DNA of 63,084 nt, counting the filler, from Rhabdomonas costata (lineage: Eukaryota), in the NCBI GenBank assembly GCA_019059605.1. It is 33 parts of 33 records of this genome, joined end to end, with 100 filler letters (N's around TTAATTAATTAA, not from the genome) between each part and the next. Parts side by side here need not be neighbours in the genome. Positions count along the whole stretch, not along the records: positions 49,791 to 51,604 come from JAHMHO010008675.1; positions 51,705 to 53,518 come from JAHMHO010008676.1; positions 53,619 to 55,432 come from JAHMHO010008677.1; positions 55,533 to 57,346 come from JAHMHO010008678.1; positions 57,447 to 59,253 come from JAHMHO010008679.1; positions 59,354 to 61,167 come from JAHMHO010008680.1; positions 61,268 to 63,084 come from JAHMHO010008681.1; 26 more parts are not named here. The stretch is one strand, 5' to 3'. Shown here in pieces: positions 49,791-61,440 of the stretch. The notes beneath the pieces were generated by a model. The model saw only the letters and a program-made list of their open reading frames with translations, ran no database searches and was not told where the DNA came from. A program made the translations under genes and the position numbers. Every line of letters starts with the position of its first letter. Position 1 is the first letter of the stretch.

Positions 49791-51510
49791 CTACTCTGTC
49801 GTTCCCGCTGGGGCCACCTTTGTTGCTGTTTTCCGGGATCCCTTGCGGTCCTTGGTCTATCTTCGGCCACGGGTGGGTCCTTGGTATCTTCGGCCACGGG
49901 TGGGCCCCTACTCCATCGTGGACCCCGCCGAAGTCAAGAACATCCTCCACGAGCAAGGTCATCAGTTGACCAACATCCTCGGACTTCCAGGAGAGCGTCC
50001 TCACAGTGTTGCGGGCAATCTACCCCCTCAGCCAACAGAGGCCGCACCCACCGCAGGAAATCCCTCAACCGTCGTGCATTTGCCCGATAAAGACCATTTC
50101 CCCCAGTGGGACGGGCAACGGTCCCCATTGTTGGTTTGACTGCACCACACCGAACAGATTCGGAGCGCATAAGGGCTCAGCGTTGGGGTCGGAGGATGCG
50201 GCCACTTGAGGGCCGGGCAGTTGACACCTGGAGCCAGTTTGTCGCGATTCTGCGGGAGCGTTTCCCATGAATGAGTCTCTCAATCATGTGTGGTAGTGCC
50301 CACAACGAGAGGATGCTCTGAAGGAGAGGAATGAGATGAACATTTGCCAGATCTGCGAGTTTTGGTGGAAGAAGAGGCACCCTGACTTTGTGAGCCGTCC
50401 GATGAAGGACATGAGACACCATTTCACGATGTGTCCTCATGCCTGCCAGTGCACGATGCTTAGAGATCGTGTGACTCACACGGCGTTCGGATGCCGGTTC
50501 ATCACGGAGCATGATCTCGAGCAACTTCGCAAGGACTTGCTCTCCATGTCTCCAGAGGACCGAGAAGGCGCGAGGAATATGATGGATGGCACTTCTTGAG
50601 ACTCCGCCTTTGGCGAATCGTTTTGAGGGATTCGATGTACTCTGCTACCTCGCGTGCCAAATGGGTGGCATGCAAAACTCCCCCTCAGGATGTGGGTGGG
50701 GATAATTTGATCTCTCCCCTTGGTCGAGAAGCGAAAGAGATGAGGTCCACCCAGTACCGAAACGCTCGTGTGCATCCTATTTACGGTTCCCACTGTTTGC
50801 CAGGGGACCCGGCTCGTATTTGCTCATCCGATTGCCCACACCGTGTCCTACGGAGCGAAGTTCTCTAGCTCTTGAATGGACATTTTTCCACAAGAGTCTG
50901 GGCAATGTGCTTGCGCTAACGGCTGGAAGGCTGGGAGGCGTCGGCCTCTCGAACTGGTGGCGTGCCTTAAGAGGGGAGCCTCTTGATCAGACGTTCTCCA
51001 ACTATAGCGCTCTCGTGGACGAGGTGCCTCAGCATGCCTTAGTGACACTCCTTGAGGAGCACATTGAAAGCATTGAGTCTGGCCGCGAGATCTTTCGTCC
51101 CATGTGTCGGGCGCACCTCAAGATCGACAAGTTCTCGCGGAAGAAGCAGGACTCCAACACCTGGCGTCCAATCCAGGCTTCTGACGTGTTGAGCTTCATG
51201 CTCTTCAACCACGTCTTCGGGGAGTTCGTTGAGCTTGGTGAGTTGACCCACCCCCCAAGCGTGGTCCAGATGGATGCCCCGAAATGGGAGGAGCATATCG
51301 CTGGTGAGATGAACGCTGGTCTCGACTATTCCGACTATGACCAGACTGAGGCTGCCAATGGTCTCTATGCGACCATGCGATCACCGTCTCCACTGCTGGG
51401 AATGTTGGCTGCTCCGGGAGGATGGCTGTCTGCCTGGCCACCACGGCTGCCTACTACCTACTACACTCCAACTGCTAAATTATCACGAGAAATGCAGTTG
51501 ATGCTACCCA
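49791..51510 (+). other. Degenerate RNA-virus-derived cassette: protease-like remnant, Cys/His-rich segment, RdRp (motifs F and A); candidate endogenous viral element
   Basis: HLKIDKFSRKKQDSNTWRPIQASD (motif F) and GLDYSDYDQT (motif A) in ORF 50820-51521. Upstream frameshifted FDCTT..GAHKG. No introns; several frameshifts and stops. Confidence 0.8.
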
Positions 51511-51804
51511 CTGTTCTGTAACAAAGCTGAAACGGCTCGCCAAATCTAACCTAAACAAAATGGGAGTGCAACACTCACCAACCACAATCACACACCAAAA
51601 AAAANNNNNNNNNNNNNNNNNNNNNNNNNNNNNNNNNNNNNNNNNNNNTTAATTAATTAANNNNNNNNNNNNNNNNNNNNNNNNNNNNNNNNNNNNNNNN
51701 NNNNTTGTGTTGGGGTACGGTACCAAGAGAGAGGGCACTACGATCTTGGAAGGGGAGACGGGTTGGGACCCAGGAACTCTGCAAGCCGGGCCCACCCACC
51801 ACAC

Positions 51805-52886
51805 CTGGGTTCAGGAACGCCGGGAGGTTGTCCGGGTGCAGCACGTAGTCCCACAGTGAGAGGGTCTTGCTGGCCACATCGTAGGACACCCGCTCCCGCT
51901 CGCTATTCCCCAGGAAGGTACCGTAGAGCAGGGAGTGGTGCTCCTCCGCGAGAAGCTCCAGCAGCTCCGTGCTGAACTCGAACGCCGTGGGGTGCATCAG
52001 CAGAAGCTGATACACCGCCCACAGGAACTGCAGGAAGATCGGGCAGTACTCCGTGCTGAAGGAAGAGGGGCGCAGCCCCTCGACCTGCGTGCCGGGGGGG
52101 ACACATGCATGCAAAAGGGCCTTCACCGCCTGACCCGCCTGTTTCATCCCTGCGTCTGCGGTCACTCCTGTTTGCTCCGGTGTGCCAACCTGAACAGATG
52201 ATGTTTGTGTTATGCCGTCCTCACATGTCCCTTTTTTAATGAAATCAGTCACGGCAACAGCGAACAGAGTGTTTAGCGTCTTCGAAAAGGCAAGGCAATG
52301 TCTTGCAATGGTTAGCAAGAAGGAGAAAGACATGACCTGTTCCTTCAAAATACCTTGCACTTGTTCGTTGGTACGCTGTGGTTCCAGTTCATCCTTTGTC
52401 AACCAGCGCTCACGCTTCTGTCATATTCTTCCGCGCCAAAACATCTTTTGTAAATCTGGCATCTGAAAACCGTTTGCCTCAACCAACCTCGCAAAACATT
52501 GAATTCTTGCATATGAGCAAAAAGTGATAAAAAAGTGCTAAGGTGGGTTGGAGGTGAGAGGATATCTTTCAAACGCTCATTTCCCGACCCGACCCGAAGC
52601 ATGTGCAGCAGTATGTCATATCATGGAGGAAAACGACCTGATGGAAAAGGAGTGGCAAAATAGACCGTCGGAAAGGAATGAAGAGACTTCGGTGAAGGGA
52701 AAAGAAGTGCAGGGAGGATCTGAGTACCTCATTGCCACAGCGGTCCCCGAAGCGGTGGCCCATGCTTAGCCAGTCCTTCTCGATCAACGTGATCAGCCCG
52801 CGCACAGTTCGGTACTCTGGGTCCCGCAGAAGCTGCACTATGCTGCAGACCTGACTGGTGCGGTCCCAGCCATCCGTGCAGTGCAT
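51805..52886 (-). CDS. Myotubularin-family phosphoinositide phosphatase fragment (exons 52886-52728, 52084-51805)
   Basis: HCTDGWDRT active site, DP.YRT..G...[25 protein letters not shown]....[23 protein letters not shown]. Confidence 0.95.
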
Positions 52887-53868
52887 CTGTGCGGTGTCGC
52901 AGAGAGAGAGAGGGAGAGGAAGAGGGAGAGGCCCTTGGGAAGGCTGATGTTTTCGTCCTATTCGCAGCACATTGTTTTTTTTTTGCCGTTTGTCTGGTGC
53001 CTACCAGTACCCTTCCTGCCCCTCTGCGCAGAACCGTTGCCCATGGATCAATGACTTTTCAGTGAGGTGCTGCCTCAGCCATCCTTTTGGCTCCGGCGCC
53101 CCATGCCCGCAACCACAGAAGACACGGAGCGACTCCATAACCCTCTCCCAACTAATTCAGGTCCTCACCGTTGGTCTTTACCGCAGGCACGTCCTTTTTG
53201 TCCCAACTCCTCAACTCCTCCTTGGCACATACATGCTGACGGGCTGTTCGTGTTCTCTCCTCGTTGTTCTTCCGCTGTCCCTCCCACATCCACACTGTTT
53301 CAAGCCCATGCGCTTGTGTTGTGCCTCCTCCGGTTCTCCGAAGGAAGCAAATTGGGTGAAACGTCGTCGACGTCAGCAGGGATATCCGGAGGAATGAAGG
53401 AGGTATCAAGGGGTGTGCTTCACAAACGCGACCGAAAAAAAGTTCTGTGACCACTGCAAAATGAAAAAAAAAACGGCAGACGCCACTCCAGGCACGAGCC
53501 CGGACAGTGGTGTAAACGNNNNNNNNNNNNNNNNNNNNNNNNNNNNNNNNNNNNNNNNNNNNTTAATTAATTAANNNNNNNNNNNNNNNNNNNNNNNNNN
53601 NNNNNNNNNNNNNNNNNNGTGGGGTTGGCTTCCCAATGTCCAATGCACAATGGGAAGCCAACTCCAAGCCAACTCCTCAACCTCGATAACAAGAGTCAGA
53701 GTGACTGCGTTACAACCCCATAGTGATGATCCCAGAGTAGCTGGTCGAGAAAATCCAACTAGATCCACTTTCCAGTTTGCTCGGCACAGCGCTGGTAAAG
53801 CGACTGGCTGACCTAACAAAGATGGAGGCGGAAGACAAACAGAGATAGATAGATAGACAGAGAGAGAC

Positions 53869-55425
53869 CTTCGCGCTCGAACTGCGCGGCGAGGGTCTGG
53901 TGGGTCTTCGTGAGAAGCTCCTTGCGGTGCACGGACACCAGGCGGATCATGTCGTCGAATCTCCGGGCCTTCTTGTACATGTGGATGGCCAGGTCTGGGT
54001 CGTTGACCTTCACGTATAGCTCCTCAGCCTTCTTGAACTCACCGGCCTGGCGAAACCCCCCAAATTCTACACACTCCACAGAAAATCACACAGCATGTCG
54101 AGCAGTTCGGTGTCATGCTTACGCCGCTCGTGTAATACAGTAGAATCCTGGGATAGGTTATTTTTGCGCGAAGGCCAGCGCAGTGGCTGCCGAAGCCGAA
54201 GCGGGGTCGCCCGCGGAGTTGCCAGTCCGGCACTGCTTGAGTGAAACACCTGAGCGCCAGGCACGTTTCCCAGAGAAAATTGGCAGGGGTTTAGGCGGTG
54301 AAAGACGTCAGACGTCGCGAGTCGAATTCGCAGTAGCATTCGCTACTCCGGTTAAATAGTTAAGAAGGGGAGGGGTGTAGGAAATCGCCACTTCCAGTGC
54401 GATCACAAAACTCAGATCAGGACCACCGCAGGGCCCTGTGAAACCCGATAACCGTTCAAATGTGCAGCGTTTTGAAAGTGAAGTGGGTGAACGCCAGAGC
54501 ACTGCGCCTTCAATCCATGGGCGGAGGACTAAAAGCGATCGACCACGTTCAAATGATATATAGTGGGGGCAAAGCGAGGTTGCGGAGGCTGTCCCTTATC
54601 TTTTTCGATGGCCTCCGAAACAGCCAAACAAACTATATTAACTCAACGCGAGAGAGTGACCTCGCCGCCCCCTGTCCAGTTAATGGCTGGCCGCACCATT
54701 GGAGGACCAAAGCCAAGTTAGATGCAGAAGCGGTGAAGAACAAACGAACTCTAGCGGACCTCCTCCATCTGCTGGGCTTGGTTGATGTACAGGGACGCGA
54801 TCTCCTGCTCCGTCATGTACGTCCGGGCCACGCCCTGGGCCTGATCCCACATGTTGTTCCGGGTGTACATCTCCACCGCCTCACGCTGCAGGTCGGCCTA
54901 CAATTGTGTGTGAGAGTGTGTTTGTGCGTGATTGTTGAGCACACAGCGGGCTGGTTTTTGTCTGACTGATTGTTGGAGACCACTGCAGACTGACGGGCAC
55001 ACGCGCCGGTGACGAGAGGTGGCCACACGGGTGCTTGCGAGAGGTACCGTAGAAGCGAACGACACCGTGGGTACCGGCTCACCGCCGAACGTTCTACATA
55101 TCCCCACGAGTGTACCTCTGCCCATCTATGAAAGATTAAACGCCGCCCCAGCCGTCCTACGCTGTGGCTTTTCGTAACAATAGTGACCTTCAGGTGTGCA
55201 CGTGGACTTGTGCAGGTGGATTTGGATACGCTCTGTTCAGCGCAGTTCAAGCTGTACTCCAGGGTGAGTGGGTACCTTGATGTAGTACCGCTCCGCGTCG
55301 GGGTACTGCCGAAGGTCCTCGTAGTGGTTGGCGACCAGCTTGTAGAACTTCTTCGTGACCTCGTCGTTGGGATCCAGGGAGTCCACAATGCTCACCGCCT
55401 TCGTCCATTGCCTGCCCAGCACACC
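53869..55425 (-). CDS. IFT172: Intraflagellar transport protein 172 fragment (exons approx 55425-55276, 54897-54760, 54046-53869)
   Basis: RQW.KA..I......YY..VA.HY; EAVEMY....W.QA..VA.......LYI.QAQ.ME..G.FK.AE.LY..V..PDLAI.MYKK...DDMIRLV...TH..LA...E.EG. Confidence 0.92.
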
Positions 55426-55867
55426 CCCCCCCNNNNNNNNNNNNNNNNNNNNNNNNNNNNNNNNNNNNNNNNNNNNTTAATTAATTAANNNNNNNNNNNN
55501 NNNNNNNNNNNNNNNNNNNNNNNNNNNNNNNNTGAAGCCCTTGCGCCAGTGAAGGTATTTTGGGCAGGGGGTGGGGGGCATGGGTGCAGGGACATGCCCG
55601 TAGTGGGTAGTAGAGTCCTAATAGTACAGTTTGGTGCTTGTGGTTGCTCTGCTCAGGAGCTCTGTTCAGGAGATTCGCTTTCCGCGTCCAGGGCACAAAT
55701 GCAGCAAATTATTCAGTTCGAAGTATTCAGTCGTATTCAGTGATGTCTTGTGCTGGTCTTGGCTTGCCTTCCCAGAATCCCGCATCCACTTTGGCGGCCC
55801 GGAGATGTTTGGTGAGGCGCTGATTTCTTTGGTGATCGCAGACACGTGCCCTGCTCGCACCGTACAG

Positions 55868-56533
55868 GTCTTCGGGTACGTGCTGGACCGCAGCCTGCCC
55901 CGGCCCACTTTGCTGCGGCATCCCGAGCTGTACGCCTTCACTCAGGCTGAGCGCGGGCTGAACTGCCGGACCTTCGCGGGGTACGTGCTGCGGGGGATGA
56001 TCCAGGCCGTGCTCTGTATGGCCTTCACCTTTGCGGTACGCCGGGGGGGGGCACCCTCACCGTTGCTGAGTTTCGTTACTGGGCGGGACACAGTATTTGG
56101 AGAGAGCTGAATTGGTTCCATGAACGCAGGGAATGAGGGGAGTCGGGGGGATGAGGAGACTGAGGAAACATCTCAGTCGCGTGGAGAGGAGGCCGGGATT
56201 CTTTGAATGAGCACACCTACGTCCTGTCGCGCGCACGTTCACACGTCCTGTTTACTCGCTCAGTGACCCCATGAATGTGTGTCTTTATAAAAGATCATTT
56301 TATATCTCCTACTCAATCCCGCATCCACATAAATCAACCCATGCACGCAACCAACGTACCACTTACCAGCACACGCTTTTGTTGTGTAGTCGTACGGAGC
56401 TCAGTGGACGTACCGGGGCACTGGGCAGCCGATGGACATGGAGTCGATCTTCACTGTGACCTACAGCTCGCTGCTGTGCATCCAGACGGTGACCATCATC
56501 ATCGAGTCCCACACCATTACCTGGATTAACCAC
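55868..56533 (+). CDS. P4-type phospholipid-transporting ATPase, C-terminal TM region (exons 55868-56035, 56390-approx 56533)
   Basis: VLDR.L....LL.HPELY..TQ....LN..TF.......QA ... E.HT.TWINH. Confidence 0.85.
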
Positions 56534-58074
56534 GTACTGCGTGCTTGATGGGGCCACTAGGATTTTCTTTTCCGATCTGTTCCATTTCGACCCTTTGCGG
56601 GTAAAACTGCAGTAGGATCGGTCTGAATTTTCGTAACATTTTGCGGTAGATGTGAACAGCCGTGCGTCATGTATTCGGAAATTTGATTCTTTTCAGATGC
56701 TGGATTTGGTAGCCATCTTTCAATGTGAGGCGAATACACCAGTTTCGATGGTAGGTGTGTGTTTGCGTGTGATTTAGCACGGTACTTTCTCACCGACGAC
56801 GTGATTCCAGAGTTTGATCCCAATCCGCTTCTCCATCGTGTTGCACAAGCTGTGATGGAGAAGGGGGGGGCTGGGCTCAGGTCGCCATTTGGGGCACGTT
56901 CGTGTTCTACTGGGTGTGTATCCTGGTGTACAGCGCCATTCCCCCGTTCTCGTACTATGGAGTGGTGCTGCGTCACCTGGTTTGCTGTTTTGCACTGTGC
57001 CACACCTCTAGGCAGAGATTGCAAGATGCCCATCTTGATTATCTTTATTTACCGAAAACGCCTTCCACAGGGGTTCCTTTTTTTTCTGTTCGGCGTGCGC
57101 CGCCCCCACCTACACACACAACGCACGCAACCTCGAGGTAGAGGAGATTCAGCGGAAGAGGGCTGGAAGAGCCCGCAATGCACGCAAGCACATGCAGAAC
57201 CATTCAATACAGCAGACGTCTTGTTCGGTGTCAATTGTTCAGCAGCACAGAGCAAGAAAACAATGTACACACAGTAGTAGCAAAGCGCGCGGCAAAGAAA
57301 GCAATACAGGAAGGAAATAGTCCTACGTGGATAGAAAAAAACCCCCNNNNNNNNNNNNNNNNNNNNNNNNNNNNNNNNNNNNNNNNNNNNTTAATTAATT
57401 AANNNNNNNNNNNNNNNNNNNNNNNNNNNNNNNNNNNNNNNNNNNNTGTTTTTTGGTATCAGTGGACGGAAGGAGGCACTCTCTCTCCCTTCCGACCTAC
57501 TGGGCAGGCTGCCACAGCCCGTTTCCTGTGGCTTGGCTTGGCTCCTTCGCTGTCCCCTGCTTGATTTGCTTTGATTTGCTCTGCTTGCTTTGTTGTACCG
57601 TATGAAACAAGGCTCCTTGGGCCAGCAGCTTCCATCCGTGTCTGTCCCTCTCTTCAAGCCACCCGCCAACTCTCAGGGTGCCACAGCCCCCTGCTCCTGC
57701 CCTTTCCTTCTCTTTCTGAGGAATGTGTTTGCAGCCGTTGTTATGTGTATCCTTGTGATCCTTTGGAACCCGTTCTCTTCCTGCAATGGGAAAATTGCAG
57801 GGGTGTGAGCAGGGAGGAAGGCTTTGGCTCATCCACTCATGCAAACAAAACAGTGGGTGCATTCTCCCATTGTGCCAGCAGGCCCTCACCTCCCACCACC
57901 ACCTCCACCTCCACCGGGACGACCCTTGACCTCTGCAATTTCTGGGCTGCGATAGTTTCCAGTCCACTCTCTGACGGGTCGCGACTGAGCTTGGCGACGC
58001 TAGTGTCTTTGGTTCCGATCGTCTCGCACGAGAGTATTCCCCGTCAGGTTCATACGATGAAGTAGCCAACCTAC

Positions 58075-58320
58075 CCGCTGGGTGATTGATCACTAAAAAG
58101 GCCAGGGCGTGAAGAGGCGAGCAGATGCCCAGCACGGCGAACAGCAGCAGCGGCAGCCAGGTATAGTGGATACCCAGGCAAGCCGCCTTGCGGAAGTACA
58201 GGCTAGGGTTGTGGTTCGGTGCCTATCACCAAGTACAGGCTATGCAGGCACCAGTTGATCTTCAGGAACGAGATCACGGGGTGGAAGTAGCCACAGACAT
58301 ACACTGAGTTGGGGAGTAAA
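58075..58320 (-). pseudogene. Front-end (delta-5/6-type) fatty-acid desaturase-like fragment, interrupted at 58203-58236
   Basis: YFHPVISFLKINWCLHSLY ... LGIHYTW...ALAFLVINH resembles the FYFP..SF.RLSW..QS / L..HW.W / F.LNH region of front-end desaturases. The frame is broken unless a 34-nt intron is removed. Confidence 0.45.
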
Positions 58321-58531
58321 GAGTAAAGGCTTGGCAGGCACCGAAGTCTGCTCGAATCCATATCACAGTGTAGCACGCTGGATCTTCTTAAAAGCGGGAC
58401 AGATGGCGCTTCACCGCAGACCCCACGCCCGCACCCCTCAAGCCGCTGGTTCTTCGTTTCGTTTTTTGATTCAGTTTTGTGTGTTTTTGTGTTGCACACC
58501 CACCTGCACTCTACTCTGCCGGTTTTAAAAT

Positions 58532-58940
58532 ATGTCTTGGATCTGGGACTCAAAGAAGCCCGCACCCTCTGCGGGCTCTGCCGCCAGCGGCGCTGCGGCA
58601 GCAGAGGCTCAGCCCACTCCCCCAAAGAAGCCCGACGTGAGCTCCGTGTCCGACTATGGCATTTACGAAGATGACTTCACCGTGATCACAGCCAAAGGTC
58701 TTCGTGTGGGTTCTCCTCTTCAGGTGTTGATTTGAAGGGGCTGATTTTTTTGGAGGATCGGGATGGGGTTGCAAAATTCAATGAGAAAAAACCACTTTTT
58801 CGATGCTCGGGGTCTTCAGATGAGCTGGATATGCTTCACGCAATTATTTCCGCGAAGGATAAGGAGATCAGCAGCATGCAGGCGCAGCTGGCGTTGTTGC
58901 CCACCCGCCACAACTCCTCAGAACAGGCCCACCAGCAAGA
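58532..58940 (+). CDS. Hypothetical coiled-coil protein, 5' exons (58532-approx 58697, approx 58820-58940)
   Basis: ATG-initiated frame MSWIWDSKKP...VITAK with a GT donor, spliceable to DELDMLHAIISAKDKEISSMQAQL. Confidence 0.5.
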
Positions 58941-60491
58941 GGTTGCCTTCAAGGAGAGGTCTGCCTTCCCCCGCCTTCACACTCGCCTCCTGCTCTGGCC
59001 ACCTCGCCTCAGTCCTACGCCGAATCACAGCTGAGAGAAAAAAGCTGAAATCTGATATATGAAAGCTGAAATGAGATATGCGAAAGCAACATGCCTTCGG
59101 TCTGGTTCATTGTTTTTTTTTTGGGGGGGGGTAAACGTTTTGAACGTAATGGTGTACCTGCGCCGCACCGTCTTGTGCTGACGAATATAAAAGGATTTCT
59201 ACGCTTTTGCAGGGTTTTTTGGTGGTGCTGGTGGTAGGGGAGTCCCAAACACCNNNNNNNNNNNNNNNNNNNNNNNNNNNNNNNNNNNNNNNNNNNNTTA
59301 ATTAATTAANNNNNNNNNNNNNNNNNNNNNNNNNNNNNNNNNNNNNNNNNNNNCTTGGGGGGGGGGTGAATCTATTTATCTTTTTTCTCTGAAACTGAAA
59401 CGGTAATAATTTGGGTGTATAGGTAATCTGGTTTTATTTTGTCGCAGATAACCGTTACCCTTCCCCTCACTTCTATCCCCTCACTCCCATCTTTGGCTAC
59501 CATTGTCGGTGGAGGAGGTGTACCTTCGCGAGGTTGTGGGACTGGTTGCTGTTTTTTTCAGGGAGTCGCGGGACGCGAATCGAGGGTGGAACGCAGCACG
59601 TTTCCACTCCACCCAGTGTACCCTCTTGGGTGCAGGGCGGCGTCATTTTTGTTTTCGTTTTTTTTGCCCTAACCTTTCTCTGAGCGAGCTTCCTTGCGAA
59701 GGGAAAGAGCGTACAGTGCAAGTCAAGATGTTGCCGAGTGTGCAGCTTCGCTGCTGCGATGCGTGCGCTTTTTGGTGGCCGGTGCGTTGTGCGTCGGTGC
59801 AACGCTACTTTTTCCCCAACATTTTATATTGCCGTGTCTTCGGAAAGACGTTTTTTTTCAGCGGTGCATCTCTCCAGAGGGTCCCGCAACGGACACAAAC
59901 TCATGCGCGCTTTTGTTCAACGACGTCTGCAGACGGGGGTCACCGCCAAGCTCGTCCACCAAAGTGGTCTGTTGACTGTTCAAAGTGTCATCGCGACGCT
60001 TGAAATGCAAAAGGACAATGGTCACCTCTGAAATCGTGCTACGCGGCATGGAAAAGGAAGTCAAGATAGTGTGGAAGCTGGTGATTGATGTAGTGGCTGA
60101 GTGGTTGGAAAAAGGAAAGTGACTGTATGGAAGAGAGTGAGGGGGAGAAGGAGGCACGTGGGAAAGGGGACCGTCAGGGACATTCGCTTGGTCTTGGAAG
60201 CGGGGTGGTTTATATGCAAGTCACTACATGTACCGTCGTGAATCCCATTGTAAGTATTCTCAGAAACTTCCGAGGCAAGTGGGACCGTGTCTAGGGATTT
60301 TTGGTTTGTGCTTCTTCGTTTGCATGGATTTCAGAACACGGCTTGTTTGGTCTCATAGCAAGTTCTGCAGGTGTTGACTGTCCGATGGAAATTCAGTTTA
60401 TGAAGGCAGCCATTAGACGTGGCATGCAGCTTCCAGAAACGTGCACGTGTCTGTTACAGTACGAAGTGTCAATTGTTTTTGTTGACAAGCA

Positions 60492-60618
60492 GTCCGAAGA
60501 TGGCCTCCAATGGGACTCATTTTTTGTGGGGTTACATTGCGCTGGTCTCCCTGGGGCTGATGTACCTCCTGACCCACGACACGCTGCGCTACCTGTGGGA
60601 CAGCATCCGTCTGGAAAG
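60492..60618 (+). CDS. Hypothetical protein exon
   Basis: Codon-biased frame GYIALVSLGLMYLLTHDTLRYLWDSIRLE ending at a GTATGG donor. Confidence 0.4.
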
Positions 60619-61272
60619 TATGGCGCTGCACTTCCCTTTCCTATCAGCCGTGTGCCTGTGCCAGCTGTTTCAGACATGAAAGAATCCCCTTTTTGGCCGT
60701 TATGTAATCCTGTCCCCAGAATATCAGTGCCAGCTGTGTTATTCAAGTGAACGCGTGAGCTGAACTGAAGTTTCCCCCTCCCACACGCTCCTCTCCACAA
60801 GGACAACCGTTTGTCTGACTTGTCCCGTTGCTAGGTCTTGCGGGTGGCTGCATTCATTGACCTGCTGTTTGTTACGTGATTAAGGTGGTCAAACCAAAGT
60901 TTTCGAAGAGAACTGAATGCTGAGGTTCTGCAACAAGGCACGCAATATGAGGTTCTACACACCAACCAGCGGCAGTGGGCTTTCCGGGAACAAAGATATC
61001 CAGGCTGGTGTAACTGAATTATAGCATAAGATGAAGATTACGCGTGCGCAGATGCAGCCGAATTGTTGGACAGCCCCTGCAAGCGTGATTTTGTGCCTCC
61101 ACAGACCCCAACTGTTCCAGTGTCTCCTCTTGTGGGTCTCCTTCCCTGATCCTCGTTCACAACCCACNNNNNNNNNNNNNNNNNNNNNNNNNNNNNNNNN
61201 NNNNNNNNNNNTTAATTAATTAANNNNNNNNNNNNNNNNNNNNNNNNNNNNNNNNNNNNNNNNNNNNTTTGT

Positions 61273-61440
61273 TTTGTCATTCCCGGCAGCACCAACACTT
61301 GGTCGTCCACCATCGACTCCGCTGGGGAGGAGAACATGCTAACCCCTGAGATTCTCTCGGGGAACACGGTTATTGACACCAGCTTCTTTGACGATGAGAC
61401 CTTCCTGTGCCGGTTCAAAGTCCGCCTGTACTACGTCTGA
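61273..61440 (+). CDS. PDE6D: Phosphodiesterase-6 delta (prenyl-binding, ciliary trafficking), terminal exon; absent from the ORF track
   Basis: FVIPGSTNTWSSTIDSAGEENMLTPEILSGNTVIDTSFFDDETFLCRFKVRLYYV* matches the PDE6D C-terminus (FVIPNSTNTWQ...L.GNV.IETKFFDDD....S.VRLFYV). Confidence 0.93.
   Translation, partial: FVIPGSTNTWSSTIDSAGEENMLTPEILSGNTVIDTSFFDDETFLCRFKVRLYYV

Noticed and set aside
47877-55425. Functional clustering of GH78, viral element, myotubularin and IFT172
   Set aside because: They lie on different contigs, so the adjacency is artificial.
1817-61267. Regularly spaced TTAATTAATTAA repeats as a CRISPR or other biological array
   Set aside because: They are N-padded six-frame-stop linkers added when the contigs were concatenated. 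ORFs running into X/LIN are artefacts.
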